Shown here in pieces: positions 22,701 through 28,277 of a stretch of 64,000 nt of DNA. The notes below the pieces were generated by a model, which saw nothing but the letters and a program-made list of their open reading frames with translations, was not told the DNA's origin and made no database searches. Position numbers and translations under genes: made by a program. Origin of the DNA: a virus; the IMG/VR virus record IMGVR_UViG_3300025093_000019, positions 1 through 64,000 of that record; one strand, given 5' to 3'. The first letter of the stretch is position 1, and each line of letters starts with the position of its first letter.

Positions 22701-25700
22701 TTCTTGAAGTTTAGTGTTTTGCTTTGGACCATCTCCTTCATTGTTTCCAGGTGTACCTGTTTCGCCTACTGGATTTGTTTGTGAACCAGTTATAGAAGAA
22801 AGGAAGTTATCCATTCTTTGAATCTGATCATCTGTTGCTGTTGAAGTCTCTACTATTATTGGAGTACCCTCTTCGCTATATCCGGTAGGAGAAAGAACTA
22901 ATGCATATCCAGCTTTAGAATCATCATATTTTTTAGCTCTAGTGGCAGCTGTAAGCATTGCTCTGTTATACAGGTGCTTTGCATCTGCTTTTTCAATAGC
23001 TACAAATATTCTAGGGAACTCTAAACCTTGAACATAGCTTTCACCTTTTTCCATTGTCTTTATAACACTATCCAGATTCAGGTTAGGGTTATTTATTTTT
23101 GACTGAATATATCCTTTTGCTGCATTTTTATCAGCTTCTGTATATACAATCAAGACACTATTTGTTTGCTTAAACTTATCTTGAGAGTTTAGATCATCTG
23201 CAAATCGATCGTACATTTGGCTTTTGCTTCCGGAGAAATATTCTAAACCATTATTTCTTTCAGAATCATAAGTTCCTTTTGGAAGAGTTACCTCTTCACC
23301 ACTAAATATGTTTATTCTAAATGCATTTTGGAAGTTGTTAATGTCAGCGGCACCAGATCTAAATACCTGTGTCGTTGGCATTGTTCTTTCCATTTTTCTT
23401 TCAACAGCTAAAAGCTCTCTTGCCTGCTGATTAATATCTGTCATTTGAGACTGATCACCCAAAAATATAACCTTTGGCTTTGCTACATTCTGGCCTTTTA
23501 ACGCAGCCACTAGTGTTTTAAATTCAGGTGTACTAATACTAGAGGCTTCATCAATAACAATAACGTCAGTATTCTTAAATGATTCTATGTTATTGTTGAT
23601 TCGATCTATTAGCTGATTAATATTGTATCCTTGGTCCGTTCCATTTTGTCTGATAGACATCATATTGCTTGCAAGAGCAGATTGTAACTCAGTACTAGGT
23701 GCTGAAAGATCGATATTCAAGTTTCTTCCCTTGTAACTAGAGTACATTGATAAAGCTGTTTTTATTATCAATGAAGTTTTACCAGTTCCTGCAAAACCAC
23801 GAACAAATAATGACCTACTTAAAAAGTCATTGATCATGTGTCTTGATGTCTTATCAGATTTAGACTGTCCAGTTATAGCCTCCTCTAAATCCATCAACAT
23901 AGCATTGTCAGGATTCACTAATAACCCATACACATGCTTAATAACTTCCATCTGCTCAAAAGAAGGAAGAACTCCAGATTCTTGTCTTATCTGATTTACA
24001 GCTTCTTGGAAGCTAGAATAAAAACTTTTAGAGTCTAGTCTTGCTATATTCTGAATGTAGTTCTGGAAGTAAACTCTTGCAAATTGTTGCTTCGCTCTTA
24101 AACTATCTGTCATTAAACCTTCCGGTGTTGACATAGAAAAAGACTGATAAGTATATGCATCATCATAATTTGCATCTGTAAACTCATCAGCATTTAAGTA
24201 AGTTAACTTTTTCTTTTTAGCACTCTTATACTTTTCAAAGTATAGAGTTAACTCTTTAGCGACCTTTTTAGAGTCTTGACCTTTTAAGAAGTTGTGTAGA
24301 TCCGACTCAATATCAACAATGATTTTATGAGCCTGGTCTAAAGCTTCTATCGGATAATTTCCATTATCTGCATAAAAAGATTCAGCTTCATTTAATAAAT
24401 CTCTAACTCTTGCTTGATTCGCTTCAATACCTTCGTAAACTTCTTTATCAAGATTAGGAAGAGCAGTAATCATATTTATGATGTCATTCTTAATCTTGTA
24501 GTCATTTAGTCTTAGTCTTGACTCTTTATTCTTTTTGTCATTTACATCTAATCCCTGCTTAATTTTTAAAGACTCCAAAAGAATTGCTTTGTCCATTAAC
24601 TCTTCTTGGATTCTTTTTGCCTGAGCATCTGTTATCTCGGCTTCAGCACTTGGCTTTAAGTGTCCAATGTCATGTTGTTTACCAACCTCTGACATGTATC
24701 TACTTGCATTGACAACATATGAGTTATTTCTAATAGAACGCTCTAAAAGCTCAATGTTCTGTAGATCTTCTTCATTAAGTGTTCTTGATGCTAAATCTTT
24801 CAAAGACTCAGTAATCGATATCTCATTACCTTGTCGATCGACATATGTATCATAATAAAGAGACTTGAAATCATCTTCATTGAATTCAACTGGAGATTGA
24901 GGAGTTATTCCTTGTGGTTTCCCATAATGACTTAGTTGAGATAAAGGAATTGCTTCTTCCCTACCTTCAACCATTGCAAACTGCTCTCCGTCAAAATCTT
25001 CAATGCTTTGAACTTTTCTTGGTACTCCAAATTGTTCTTTACCATCTATTTTCCACTGAACATTATCACCAACTTTAACCTCAGAAGAGGCTTCAAAGTT
25101 CTTAATAGTATTGTCTATTTCGTTCAAAAGCTTAAACGCACTGTTTCTTGCGGAACCAGCTGGAGCTTGCTCAAGTTTACCCATCCAGTAATCTTCAGCA
25201 GTCATACCCATTATTTCTTCCTGCTCTTTAAATGCAGCAACTTCTTCTTCAGTCGGTTCTAAAGCAGAGCTATCTGGAATGCTTTCGAGAATTGCCTCTT
25301 TTTCTGCTTGAAGTTCTTTAATTAACTTCTCTCTTCCTGCTTCACTTATTCCAAGATCTGTTGCTTTTCTTTGCAAATCTGCAATCTTACCTAAAGCAGT
25401 GTCGTAATCTCCAATGTCTTCAGCATATTGACCAGAAATATCTGGATCTACCATAAAGTCATCAGCAAGAACTTTTGATTCAAATTCTTTACGCTGCTTT
25501 GATCTTTCTTTTACTTGCTCAATAGTTTCTGCACGTTTTCTATCATATCTTTTATGAACATCATCCATTGCTGTCGCAGGAGGAACATGATTAGATCCAT
25601 CAGGAGCAACCATATATGTATCATTTTCAGCACTGAAATGCTTTAAATGAGTGTTAACCTGATTTTCTTTTACTCTTCGTCCAGAAGTAATCTCTTTTAA

Positions 25701-28268
25701 TTGAAGTGATAGATCTTTTTTCTGTCTTTGTAGATCTTTTAATTGTTCTTCTAACTCAGCAGTTTTTTCAGCATTCCCTACATTTTCAGCCATCTCGTTA
25801 TTTAAGGCTTCTATCTCTCTTTGTAAGCCTTGTGAAAACTTCTGATACTCAAAGGCTTCTCTAAGCAATGCTTTACCTTCCATGTTAGACATCATCTCTT
25901 CAATGATTCTAGGATTAGGCCTTCCATTCTTTTCGCCTTGTCTTGCTATTTCTTTTTTGATGGTTTCAAAAAGCTTTACAGACTCATCAAGCTCTTGCTT
26001 AAATATTCTGTAATTCTCTTCATGAATACTGATTGAGTTCGGATCATTCTCATCTACTAGTTTACCATCACTAGTAACATCTGTAGGACCAAATGTACCC
26101 ATTGTTCCTTGAACCTTCCCAAATGCCTCATCAGCTTTTTTGTAAAGAATATCTTGATTTCCTGAAACAATAAAGTCAGCAATCATACCATCTCTTGTAG
26201 GTCTTGTGCTTGTGTTTCCATTCATGGCATTTGTGATACCTTGAATACTACCCATAAATCCACCACCTATAGCACCAAGCCAAAACTCTTGTGCTATCTC
26301 TCCTTTAGTGTTATTCCAGTAGTTACTAAAGAAACCATCGTTATGATTGTAATAATTAAACATACCGCCTTCTGGTATATTCTCAATCATGTTTACATTT
26401 TTCTCGTAAGTCTCTTTAGATATTTCTCTTCTTTGCTGATGTTTTTTATCCCACTCGTAATACTTACCGTCTTTAGCTTCGTATTTATATCGATCGGCTT
26501 TAATTCTAGCCTCTCTATTTTGAGAGCTAACTATGTAATCATTAATAGTAGTGTAAGCACCTTCAAGTCTTCCTTCTATAACTTCTTCAGTACCTTCTTC
26601 TAAAGCTGCCTTCATAAAGGTTGGCATCTTTTCATAAGCGTATGAACCACCTCTTTTAGTAAGCTCCCATGTTTTCTTTCCTAAGTTTTTACTGTGTCCT
26701 AAAAGCCTATTAACTAACATCTTAGATGCAGCTTTAGTTTCTTCTTCTGTCAACTCCTTAGCTGTTTTTCCAAACGAACCAGCTGCAATATCAATAATTT
26801 CTCTTTTGATAAGTTCGTCAGCATCAGATTTAACTAAAAATCTTTGTAACCCATCATCCAAGATGTTTGGGCCAAACCTTTCAACAGCAAATGCTGTAGC
26901 AAGCATAGGACCATAAAGAAGTGTTTGCTGATCTTCAGTAAGACCTATTTCGTAACCGGTTCTTTTTAAACCGTCAGCAGCTTGAATTGCCATTAATCCT
27001 GCACCAAGTCTTGTTCCAAGTTTTTGAAGCTTATGTAACTTTTCTATATCAGTAACACCCCTAGCTGCTGCCAACTTTGTAGGTAATTTTCTTGTTATAA
27101 CCATTTCTAGAATTTGGCCAATAACAGCACCTGAATGCCATGCCAATGCAGTTCCATTATCATTCCAAGAAACATCTAAAACATCTTGAGGAGTACTTAC
27201 GGAAGCCCAAGAAGCTAAATTCTTAAAATACTTATCGCCTTGATCTAAAAAATCATCATCTCTTCCCGGAACATGATCTATTCCACTAAAAGTGTATATT
27301 CCATATTGTGAATTCGTTCTCTGTAAAACATCATTAATCCAGTCAGTTAAACCAACAATACCAGAAGGTATTTGAGCTAAAGTATTAACTACCACCTGGT
27401 CCCAAAGGTTTTCATACCATGTAGAATACATTGCTTTAGGACCATTTGAAGCAAATATAGCATCAGAATTATACACATCATCATGAGCAGAAACTTCTCT
27501 AGCAACAGGAACACCTTCTCCATCGTAATCGACAATAAGAACTGTATTTGATTCTGGACCTGGAAAAAGACCTGCACCCCAAGGGCCAAACCACTCATCA
27601 CCATCTTTGTCTAAGTCACCAACTCTTATTTCCTGTCCATCTTCTGTGACTATAGTTTTGTAGTTTCGCTTATTAGGATCATAGCCACTATCTTCATCAC
27701 CTTCATTTACAATAGGTAGATAGTAACCCATATCATAGGCTAACTGCTGATCTGTTTTTTGTCTAATAACTTTACCAGTCTGATCAAACCTCCATCTGGT
27801 ATCACGACCAAAAATATTATAAACTCTTGGCTGATGATATCCTCCTGGATCTTTTAATTCAGCCCAAGGTGAAGTCCATGTTCTTAAATGGTCAGTTATA
27901 CCAAGACCATTGTCATAAACACCTTGTTTATAGTTTTTGTATTGATTAGAGTATGTTTCATATCTTTGTTCAAAATCTGCATCACTAGGTTTAATTCCTA
28001 TTTTTTTTGCAGTCTCATTGTAGCTTTTTCTAGCAAATTCTTTATCTCCTAGAGTTACGTTTATTGTTGGATCGTTCATTACCTTTCGGTATATTCTTTC
28101 ATCATCCAACCCATACATTTTGTATGTAAAATAATCACGATCTGAAGATCCAACTAATGCTTCTTGATTTCCTCCGTTTCCACCAGTATTGTTTCCTGCT
28201 GGCGTTGGATTTGTATCACCGCCTCCTTGATAGTTTTTTCTAACTACAATTTCGTTTTTCTTTTTCAT
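7779..28268 (-). CDS. Giant virion polyprotein (6829 aa): SF1 helicase, PD-(D/E)xK nuclease, crAss-type two-barrel virion RNA polymerase and zincin metallopeptidase
   Basis: Uninterrupted 20.5-kb ORF. Motifs: GFAGTGKT, IDEAS, GDQSQ, QGLEF, TAATRAK (helicase); RG..AH..VE, E...GTID...IYDLKT, QL..Y (nuclease); TDG, GVKTG, NRVP, GGDYDID, ATDNAK (RNAP); HEMLH...EFVAE (zincin). Its position downstream of the muzzle and cargo genes matches crAss-like phages. Confidence 0.9.
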   Translation of the reverse strand: MKKKNEIVVRKNYQGGGDTNPTPAGNNTGGNGGNQEALVGSSDRDYFTYKMYGLDDERIYRKVMNDPTINVTLGDKEFARKSYNETAKKIGIKPSDADFEQRYETYSNQYKNYKQGVYDNGLGITDHLRTWTSPWAELKDPGGYHQPRVYNIFGRDTRWRFDQTGKVIRQKTDQQLAYDMGYYLPIVNEGDEDSGYDPNKRNYKTIVTEDGQEIRVGDLDKDGDEWFGPWGAGLFPGPESNTVLIVDYDGEGVPVAREVSAHDDVYNSDAIFASNGPKAMYSTWYENLWDQVVVNTLAQIPSGIVGLTDWINDVLQRTNSQYGIYTFSGIDHVPGRDDDFLDQGDKYFKNLASWASVSTPQDVLDVSWNDNGTALAWHSGAVIGQILEMVITRKLPTKLAAARGVTDIEKLHKLQKLGTRLGAGLMAIQAADGLKRTGYEIGLTEDQQTLLYGPMLATAFAVERFGPNILDDGLQRFLVKSDADELIKREIIDIAAGSFGKTAKELTEEETKAASKMLVNRLLGHSKNLGKKTWELTKRGGSYAYEKMPTFMKAALEEGTEEVIEGRLEGAYTTINDYIVSSQNREARIKADRYKYEAKDGKYYEWDKKHQQRREISKETYEKNVNMIENIPEGGMFNYYNHNDGFFSNYWNNTKGEIAQEFWLGAIGGGFMGSIQGITNAMNGNTSTRPTRDGMIADFIVSGNQDILYKKADEAFGKVQGTMGTFGPTDVTSDGKLVDENDPNSISIHEENYRIFKQELDESVKLFETIKKEIARQGEKNGRPNPRIIEEMMSNMEGKALLREAFEYQKFSQGLQREIEALNNEMAENVGNAEKTAELEEQLKDLQRQKKDLSLQLKEITSGRRVKENQVNTHLKHFSAENDTYMVAPDGSNHVPPATAMDDVHKRYDRKRAETIEQVKERSKQRKEFESKVLADDFMVDPDISGQYAEDIGDYDTALGKIADLQRKATDLGISEAGREKLIKELQAEKEAILESIPDSSALEPTEEEVAAFKEQEEIMGMTAEDYWMGKLEQAPAGSARNSAFKLLNEIDNTIKNFEASSEVKVGDNVQWKIDGKEQFGVPRKVQSIEDFDGEQFAMVEGREEAIPLSQLSHYGKPQGITPQSPVEFNEDDFKSLYYDTYVDRQGNEISITESLKDLASRTLNEEDLQNIELLERSIRNNSYVVNASRYMSEVGKQHDIGHLKPSAEAEITDAQAKRIQEELMDKAILLESLKIKQGLDVNDKKNKESRLRLNDYKIKNDIINMITALPNLDKEVYEGIEANQARVRDLLNEAESFYADNGNYPIEALDQAHKIIVDIESDLHNFLKGQDSKKVAKELTLYFEKYKSAKKKKLTYLNADEFTDANYDDAYTYQSFSMSTPEGLMTDSLRAKQQFARVYFQNYIQNIARLDSKSFYSSFQEAVNQIRQESGVLPSFEQMEVIKHVYGLLVNPDNAMLMDLEEAITGQSKSDKTSRHMINDFLSRSLFVRGFAGTGKTSLIIKTALSMYSSYKGRNLNIDLSAPSTELQSALASNMMSIRQNGTDQGYNINQLIDRINNNIESFKNTDVIVIDEASSISTPEFKTLVAALKGQNVAKPKVIFLGDQSQMTDINQQARELLAVERKMERTMPTTQVFRSGAADINNFQNAFRINIFSGEEVTLPKGTYDSERNNGLEYFSGSKSQMYDRFADDLNSQDKFKQTNSVLIVYTEADKNAAKGYIQSKINNPNLNLDSVIKTMEKGESYVQGLEFPRIFVAIEKADAKHLYNRAMLTAATRAKKYDDSKAGYALVLSPTGYSEEGTPIIVETSTATDDQIQRMDNFLSSITGSQTNPVGETGTPGNNEGDGPKQNTKLQELSDDQFKGIRNQIKNANKKGKLKKAPDLGAKFKVGGVEFRYVMDGKGLYSVTERKNQDLTNPTKDFNDRSYSLRGQAAHKIVEAYLTRQAPGRNKLFLKSDKEEITNLIQAYNEAVDKHNKSKKAKLSKIEPIGDDADSTFENHPFINDVIQNVAIPIAQRLTKGGSRTLPETIAAVYINDVAGTIDIVDVVGIEDGIPVLDIYDLKTLTPGSHEFFEDTNEADPFEKGFIKMPDGSQKFNNGLNAALAQLGGYARILTKGDEKSGRPEYKIRNVGVVKAMIKDNASIAKVEDTDFIVMPYDSQEFAEYKAYGESMVDNNILPEFKDKNVRNYDDGHSDISQMFVNNNDPTTLVEVTGVYKDVKGTTFYEINHDKESPLTETEFKQMFSTQDVTSIDTLNQNEANGTPERIYKEGAMKHAAGYTFAYGNASQSPQKTFQNTGVFPDDAIELTFRGISRGFEKWYGTELSDKRITAFNLNYDSYVDEQKTIVGTFVTEPNKSNENSKYVSLVIKDDRISGVSYQEVVPGDRAGRTAYWEISVEIPFDAEPANYHAGLIGAAKQVLLAAKNQYHPDGTRNLNKIRKAAEFFDKNPKKESQQGTIGGGWDLQNDHVNFKNEFIKSIKSRLNDGTAAPAVNITFHENIELLNDDGEPELMNNVLLVKADSKTLGEMARFYADSYGKSVGNELNFDQALKYIQDNNYNVIATLPQPEIDFGKRVDGGLKTGEPINYKDKGAVEDLLKKIREGFKGDKNAQSQMNLRSFNLDLAGFRAKGAGQEQGFVGRAKLKSLRQGSVQYGEYKQSWTALKGKLKDKGFQIGTPYWTTNYKTITNAKGKPSKIATWAVDVWKVGPAFDKSTIILQSPEYDSNHYNLIKGELNDLKGTAYTGRDVLKTKAYKLFQQNRGYLIDPDTKAFDQRWPELAEHLYVKNEAEIGLRGVNQKTTPAALLKSLESALDIMDKKISKIMKGKIVQTVDFTSKDKKLNVKAEQESQLLTRAEDVNNYGFYLGTDQIDVSSITHSKGGIVDQTDSDFLRDLGKFNIDPNKRSFSEVEASENDGEYNPDTNEDNPDVLEDPEERKDSFMKFAKNIYGDHGLADEAKKHVAQQIIKFSNFNRDLNTPAMSISDTIANVVNWYKAKSQIIENNYFNLELSDGSKDVKTYADVNGTNASKLKGQQPLLYTVYTFGKNTEALISFINSAVPSLNLSDKKIKKLGVYLAEQIQGDDEILKSLNETSQTNMMDNLDERNFTDTLSDLVKLHIRHTPLRYYTDENTYEVDLDGRTIDEPTIFKVLSDASQKARFENENTKGFNDLQKLKYHLREIFNNAGVGTPTYNTVRSFYEDYFGVTEAAQGPTAVSEYTDPSKKLLSHEELRMGSMVNVATGKSNLAILGYDPDVVKAKGIASDNLISAIITHFGSVTTRSTIDVYSDTKRYTDFDEVTGETFTTSSKFYNAKKSSMAIGSHISQSIKSRLDNTLFSIVDGEVMVSERIRERLVGKNNDISVTSSGVTLKIKGAPDKQVIKFVKGKNKSQIVSFELGENVRTSDIKTLFNLFNIGKLVYDNAINRYMDTVEDTDQDNPDLKVDQAKIAEIAGMWMLTAKEAVDPSISIRSLLEKYYEENAYKTESLDELNEDSTIDSAEIGEEFYKPTDMWRLTQNLGKVQSDSELGNNAMWYYTVDGKKVYRNVNASTIDRLFPNSQISGKNSGSGLKEMVKTIIERTTFDELSNNPNFELTQDESGAYGLEVLNPYLNPESDWEVVDMVRMGGLANERNGSRHGRQMTELDFAEFVINGLFVEDVARGNRIPTFRLPYHNTSNKAGVPVFDIKLPNNPFTLKDGSISVDRQWIKDNVINIFRIINNQRKKSASRIVDVIGNIPGTKLHQVINDTTLDAQNASQQYNEIVESFIADPNTMKWYLADLQTGANRLDIVDAFKRSDLVIDSDYTIRKLEDGNEYVFAGPSAMMEFDRVYNWNNFSRLKRSAEVPKAKRDLAELIEGGFYDEEINAEINTAAQAGVDLDFNAAKDVFFESQLQKDLKEKGITEDKNVDEMIKSIFFRTHMDAANHLKKEVKLWRERGGTATDRITETDWAYPDMTKKTPKGYTWWDVNPTLESFFYMYHFNDFYLSQIVDGNTMQYKGVDNYFKRGSGAVAPLWVVDTSTPRGVGMNTNIAILEDISTQEYDQLRTIFNAKSTTEDTDGLSFENPIYTRLLKNSLGGNELGVMGVGMGKPVYKKTDLATNDSLYIKYASLELTEGILRNSAKARDYFRKMMPGPVLQQLYRSWENGTRTLDEITEEVISTGRASEILGQAVFRSGVKTGARAIQNIDDDVWNVSTTLDNRFFGIQLNAAQDVEKTDKQSQPTQLLAEMGVGSQNIERVGQINSLKAKISDDAISNMMKKFVDEGGLDPDAFANWLKDIGIQQAEQVGELTQYTELLFKSRLDGNISLNLPNMGKIKQQLINQVTKHAIRPKSNGVKMSQAPAFFFDVYESEDGNIYMEKEVEKGEFGDTPLTQRQLRPMEFYYADQPGVKIESLEEFDNAVAAQNVYVKPAEIILPLSYIDQFGFREYLEENPDFSLNDAFMFRRADGKLVNLKKVSDEDLKTFIESQYRSEEGKNGDTFIQQKYKSAEKAIAYVQNLRETTKLVLNRVPTSKASGGFIGEAIGWINDNGNTVYTSSLKNILDGGDYDIDALSVFFKSVGDTGRILDKGVKGDMNSQFDLMYEYYTDPSNAKIYMSPINLNPLRRQVADKKAQMERFQNNHHDFGTNAFYYDNIFEGDKMIGVFANIIKNFSYTTHALETLKAQNIQLNQRLAIEDIDSKVIADRLEGYLNAATDNAKELILGTLGATIESSNIIGAAAMLNYTYDQISTLLDQDSVRQVFDRIKYSRRVSSFKKMTIADAIEAQRESLEGNAQDEMDAIKDKMALIEATLAQPDSIVPPIFEEAEIKEDGTYVVLVTDRMGLPERFETYTPEQYQEIKQNMISNMENELENLKSIENDPEPYIREQLDQLGRLEDLSHLGEAVIRLNNVVKFDSQGIPVFDYKLNQQLGQIEYALNQTIDDFTKGRTNVDPKFWESKKRFLPEEDLEKLRLKEEAIRSYIDIPGIVKALPHVVSYLDAVNKMTQWMDVTFIKNSEFVQGLMKKYLRDNKLNDWMSEQSYYSFFKEFDKFNVSLYFSTNYNKNTPGLTMPPLSGTKAVGSYDLSTTTGRYRFGTEFPSYVMKLKEDAYGSPNPSGEQKLLTNNVFLDNLTIRDTNINSVLEIKNASKLTKGQLIDMRADFAKLPRNLKEKFYAYQLMKDGFNFKTNTLYQAMDNEIFVRFSEFLDSVEEAIFDNPDLTFKLNTPEGTTVSRSYERMMDVFMQDALYNSDDKALLQNYEFRAKLWSENPELAPKFFKKNLERSQGLADHVTMTDRDTGEMYMSKVAQTFNSYNPLESNLTMVGKWEGGRDFTLKGYPQVMKKFGDLQNYIDAGQGKSIKITFKNRPSYRSGIVYMPDGSTMHIDRTGGVVGNTVTLRPHVPSAKAIDEYRSNDTKEGLLRAIQERTKHDGHRLIADLLLKANESGWLDKGLVSWLRTDEDADFKEKADQGATVGGYFNWGTTGIKINLDTIYNGKVNKSDPSQYSERVFLHEMLHNFTVYALNIDQDIDLSKFNTAERARVESALKYQRDIKKLYDHVKSKADVKDAEGNPKFENYGFKNLDEFVAEAYTNDNLQKFMKGIDGIPEAEIETEAKSWLSSAWNQFLNGIKSMFGDGTPNQINALDQVIGITNDFIQEGKYEFMSAMDINQDNKIVIDPKGGSYMIAEAEYDVPEAAVSKDIINSLQPSGVIKNFSEYRVDELIDTIYSNIDPKTKTYWYSGEKFYFKDMDEMASKQFIKEEIVPKFTEFEQKYKNTMMDWLSSGAETNPEISKDFFPTKDRRSRYNADVLAEVKKKMDYDKTDVFMRYSEFKDSGNQHIPYIEAFEGYDPIIVIHKSIDDAGRSISIFDITSLRLGKKFLGKGNLFRNFMDDKEAMKKGVSFGNNEGDMRRMLLTLQVMAMKQANPELKIKLVEVMGVHSNDVESSYVLMDNYMDNIKAMREIEPLYEALSPEIRDVINDDTLYEEDYDQPWLYSLRREYQQRQVDLSTDNPNSWEFRTMKGSVSRIEEYLSGVGSREDILEMVKWHMLRLEKQKNPESLKDDREYALLGATLKQLTKTPVAFERISTNDLNLITSYTATTHNIEHEIVNWVQEKTYQTLSKNVDTISKWQKNEFNPLLRAYDERYFLKHPDQRKWNFLQNLAGDKFKPLFKTRMIKDINGNDVEVNSGEIHWDKNDPETKKLIADGTLAPGDVELGKFVVDTLEKEMIKNLIHQNRYFKNKYTEQDAREQLEKIWRKGMVPMISKSVNEMLMKMDTKNAKQAYEKFMYQLSNMDDLYDEANVKQSKDSKKKKILTEMSDIFMSQTGVQSDVFGSDTRMSIMGIDKAIGGHILTDQFANESLSTNLEMIMNLMMSSSNRKRIVESELLPIINGGQAILHNAELMKLEGDQEKSIQYLTSYVNSVIKGQAETTDINLNLPFKEAPVNVDKFVNQALQVTSAFSLGLNVPLGMTSALMNANQFMNTAIANDMSGSGVYGRKDAQKALNMLASKTGRELFEAIMEEYQVADMTERDLMHNPRKKVMDKNLFTSHTMHWTNWITDYYVRGLAAVAAMQKDGSIAAYSVKNGKLAYDENLDPRWEGEDGQAMKEFIKNRLVEDGFMNSVDEAMPRGYELMMQRQLKTIADKYIVGSMDALTQTRLSRGTVGRLFMQYRSYLPDKLYNYFDVEKYSPVEGEWTKKDGEYVWEQRMTKGMVRSMSTLFTELKKAKYNGKEAWMSMSKTDKYNVSRLLADTVSAAIMSFIYAGLTQVDWDDDKKGKQNLLPDSRFLRTLKYGALDLMLWQPSLIADAIVSVPLLETIGRYWEVATGSWQEIDRLVPFSSTVKAVGEVIPEGEE
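11560..11930 (-). other. Zincin-like metallopeptidase domain within the giant polyprotein
   Basis: GGYF...GIKINL...VFLHEMLH (11799-11813)...NLDEFVAEAYTN, the pattern of the MPTase domains of phage polyvalent proteins. Confidence 0.8.
14150..16300 (-). other. Catalytic core of the virion RNA polymerase (double-psi beta-barrel type)
   Basis: Metal-binding GGDYDID (DYDID at 14631-14645), preceded by NRVP and followed by ATDNAK; upstream TEDTDG and GVKTG motifs. Resembles the DFDID-type crAss/phi14:2 gp66 polymerase. Confidence 0.85.
21880..22500 (-). other. PD-(D/E)xK (RecB/Cas4-like) nuclease domain within the polyprotein
   Basis: RGQAAHKIVE...PE...AGTIDIV...IYDLKT...AQLGGY. Confidence 0.75.
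22900..23830 (-). other. Superfamily 1 (RecD/Dda-like) helicase domain within the polyprotein
   Basis: Walker A GFAGTGKT (23775-23798), motif Ia SAPS, Walker B IDEAS, motif III GDQSQ, motif IV VFRS, motif V QGLEF, motif VI TAATRAK. Confidence 0.8.
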
Positions 28269-28277
28269 TCTTAAAGA

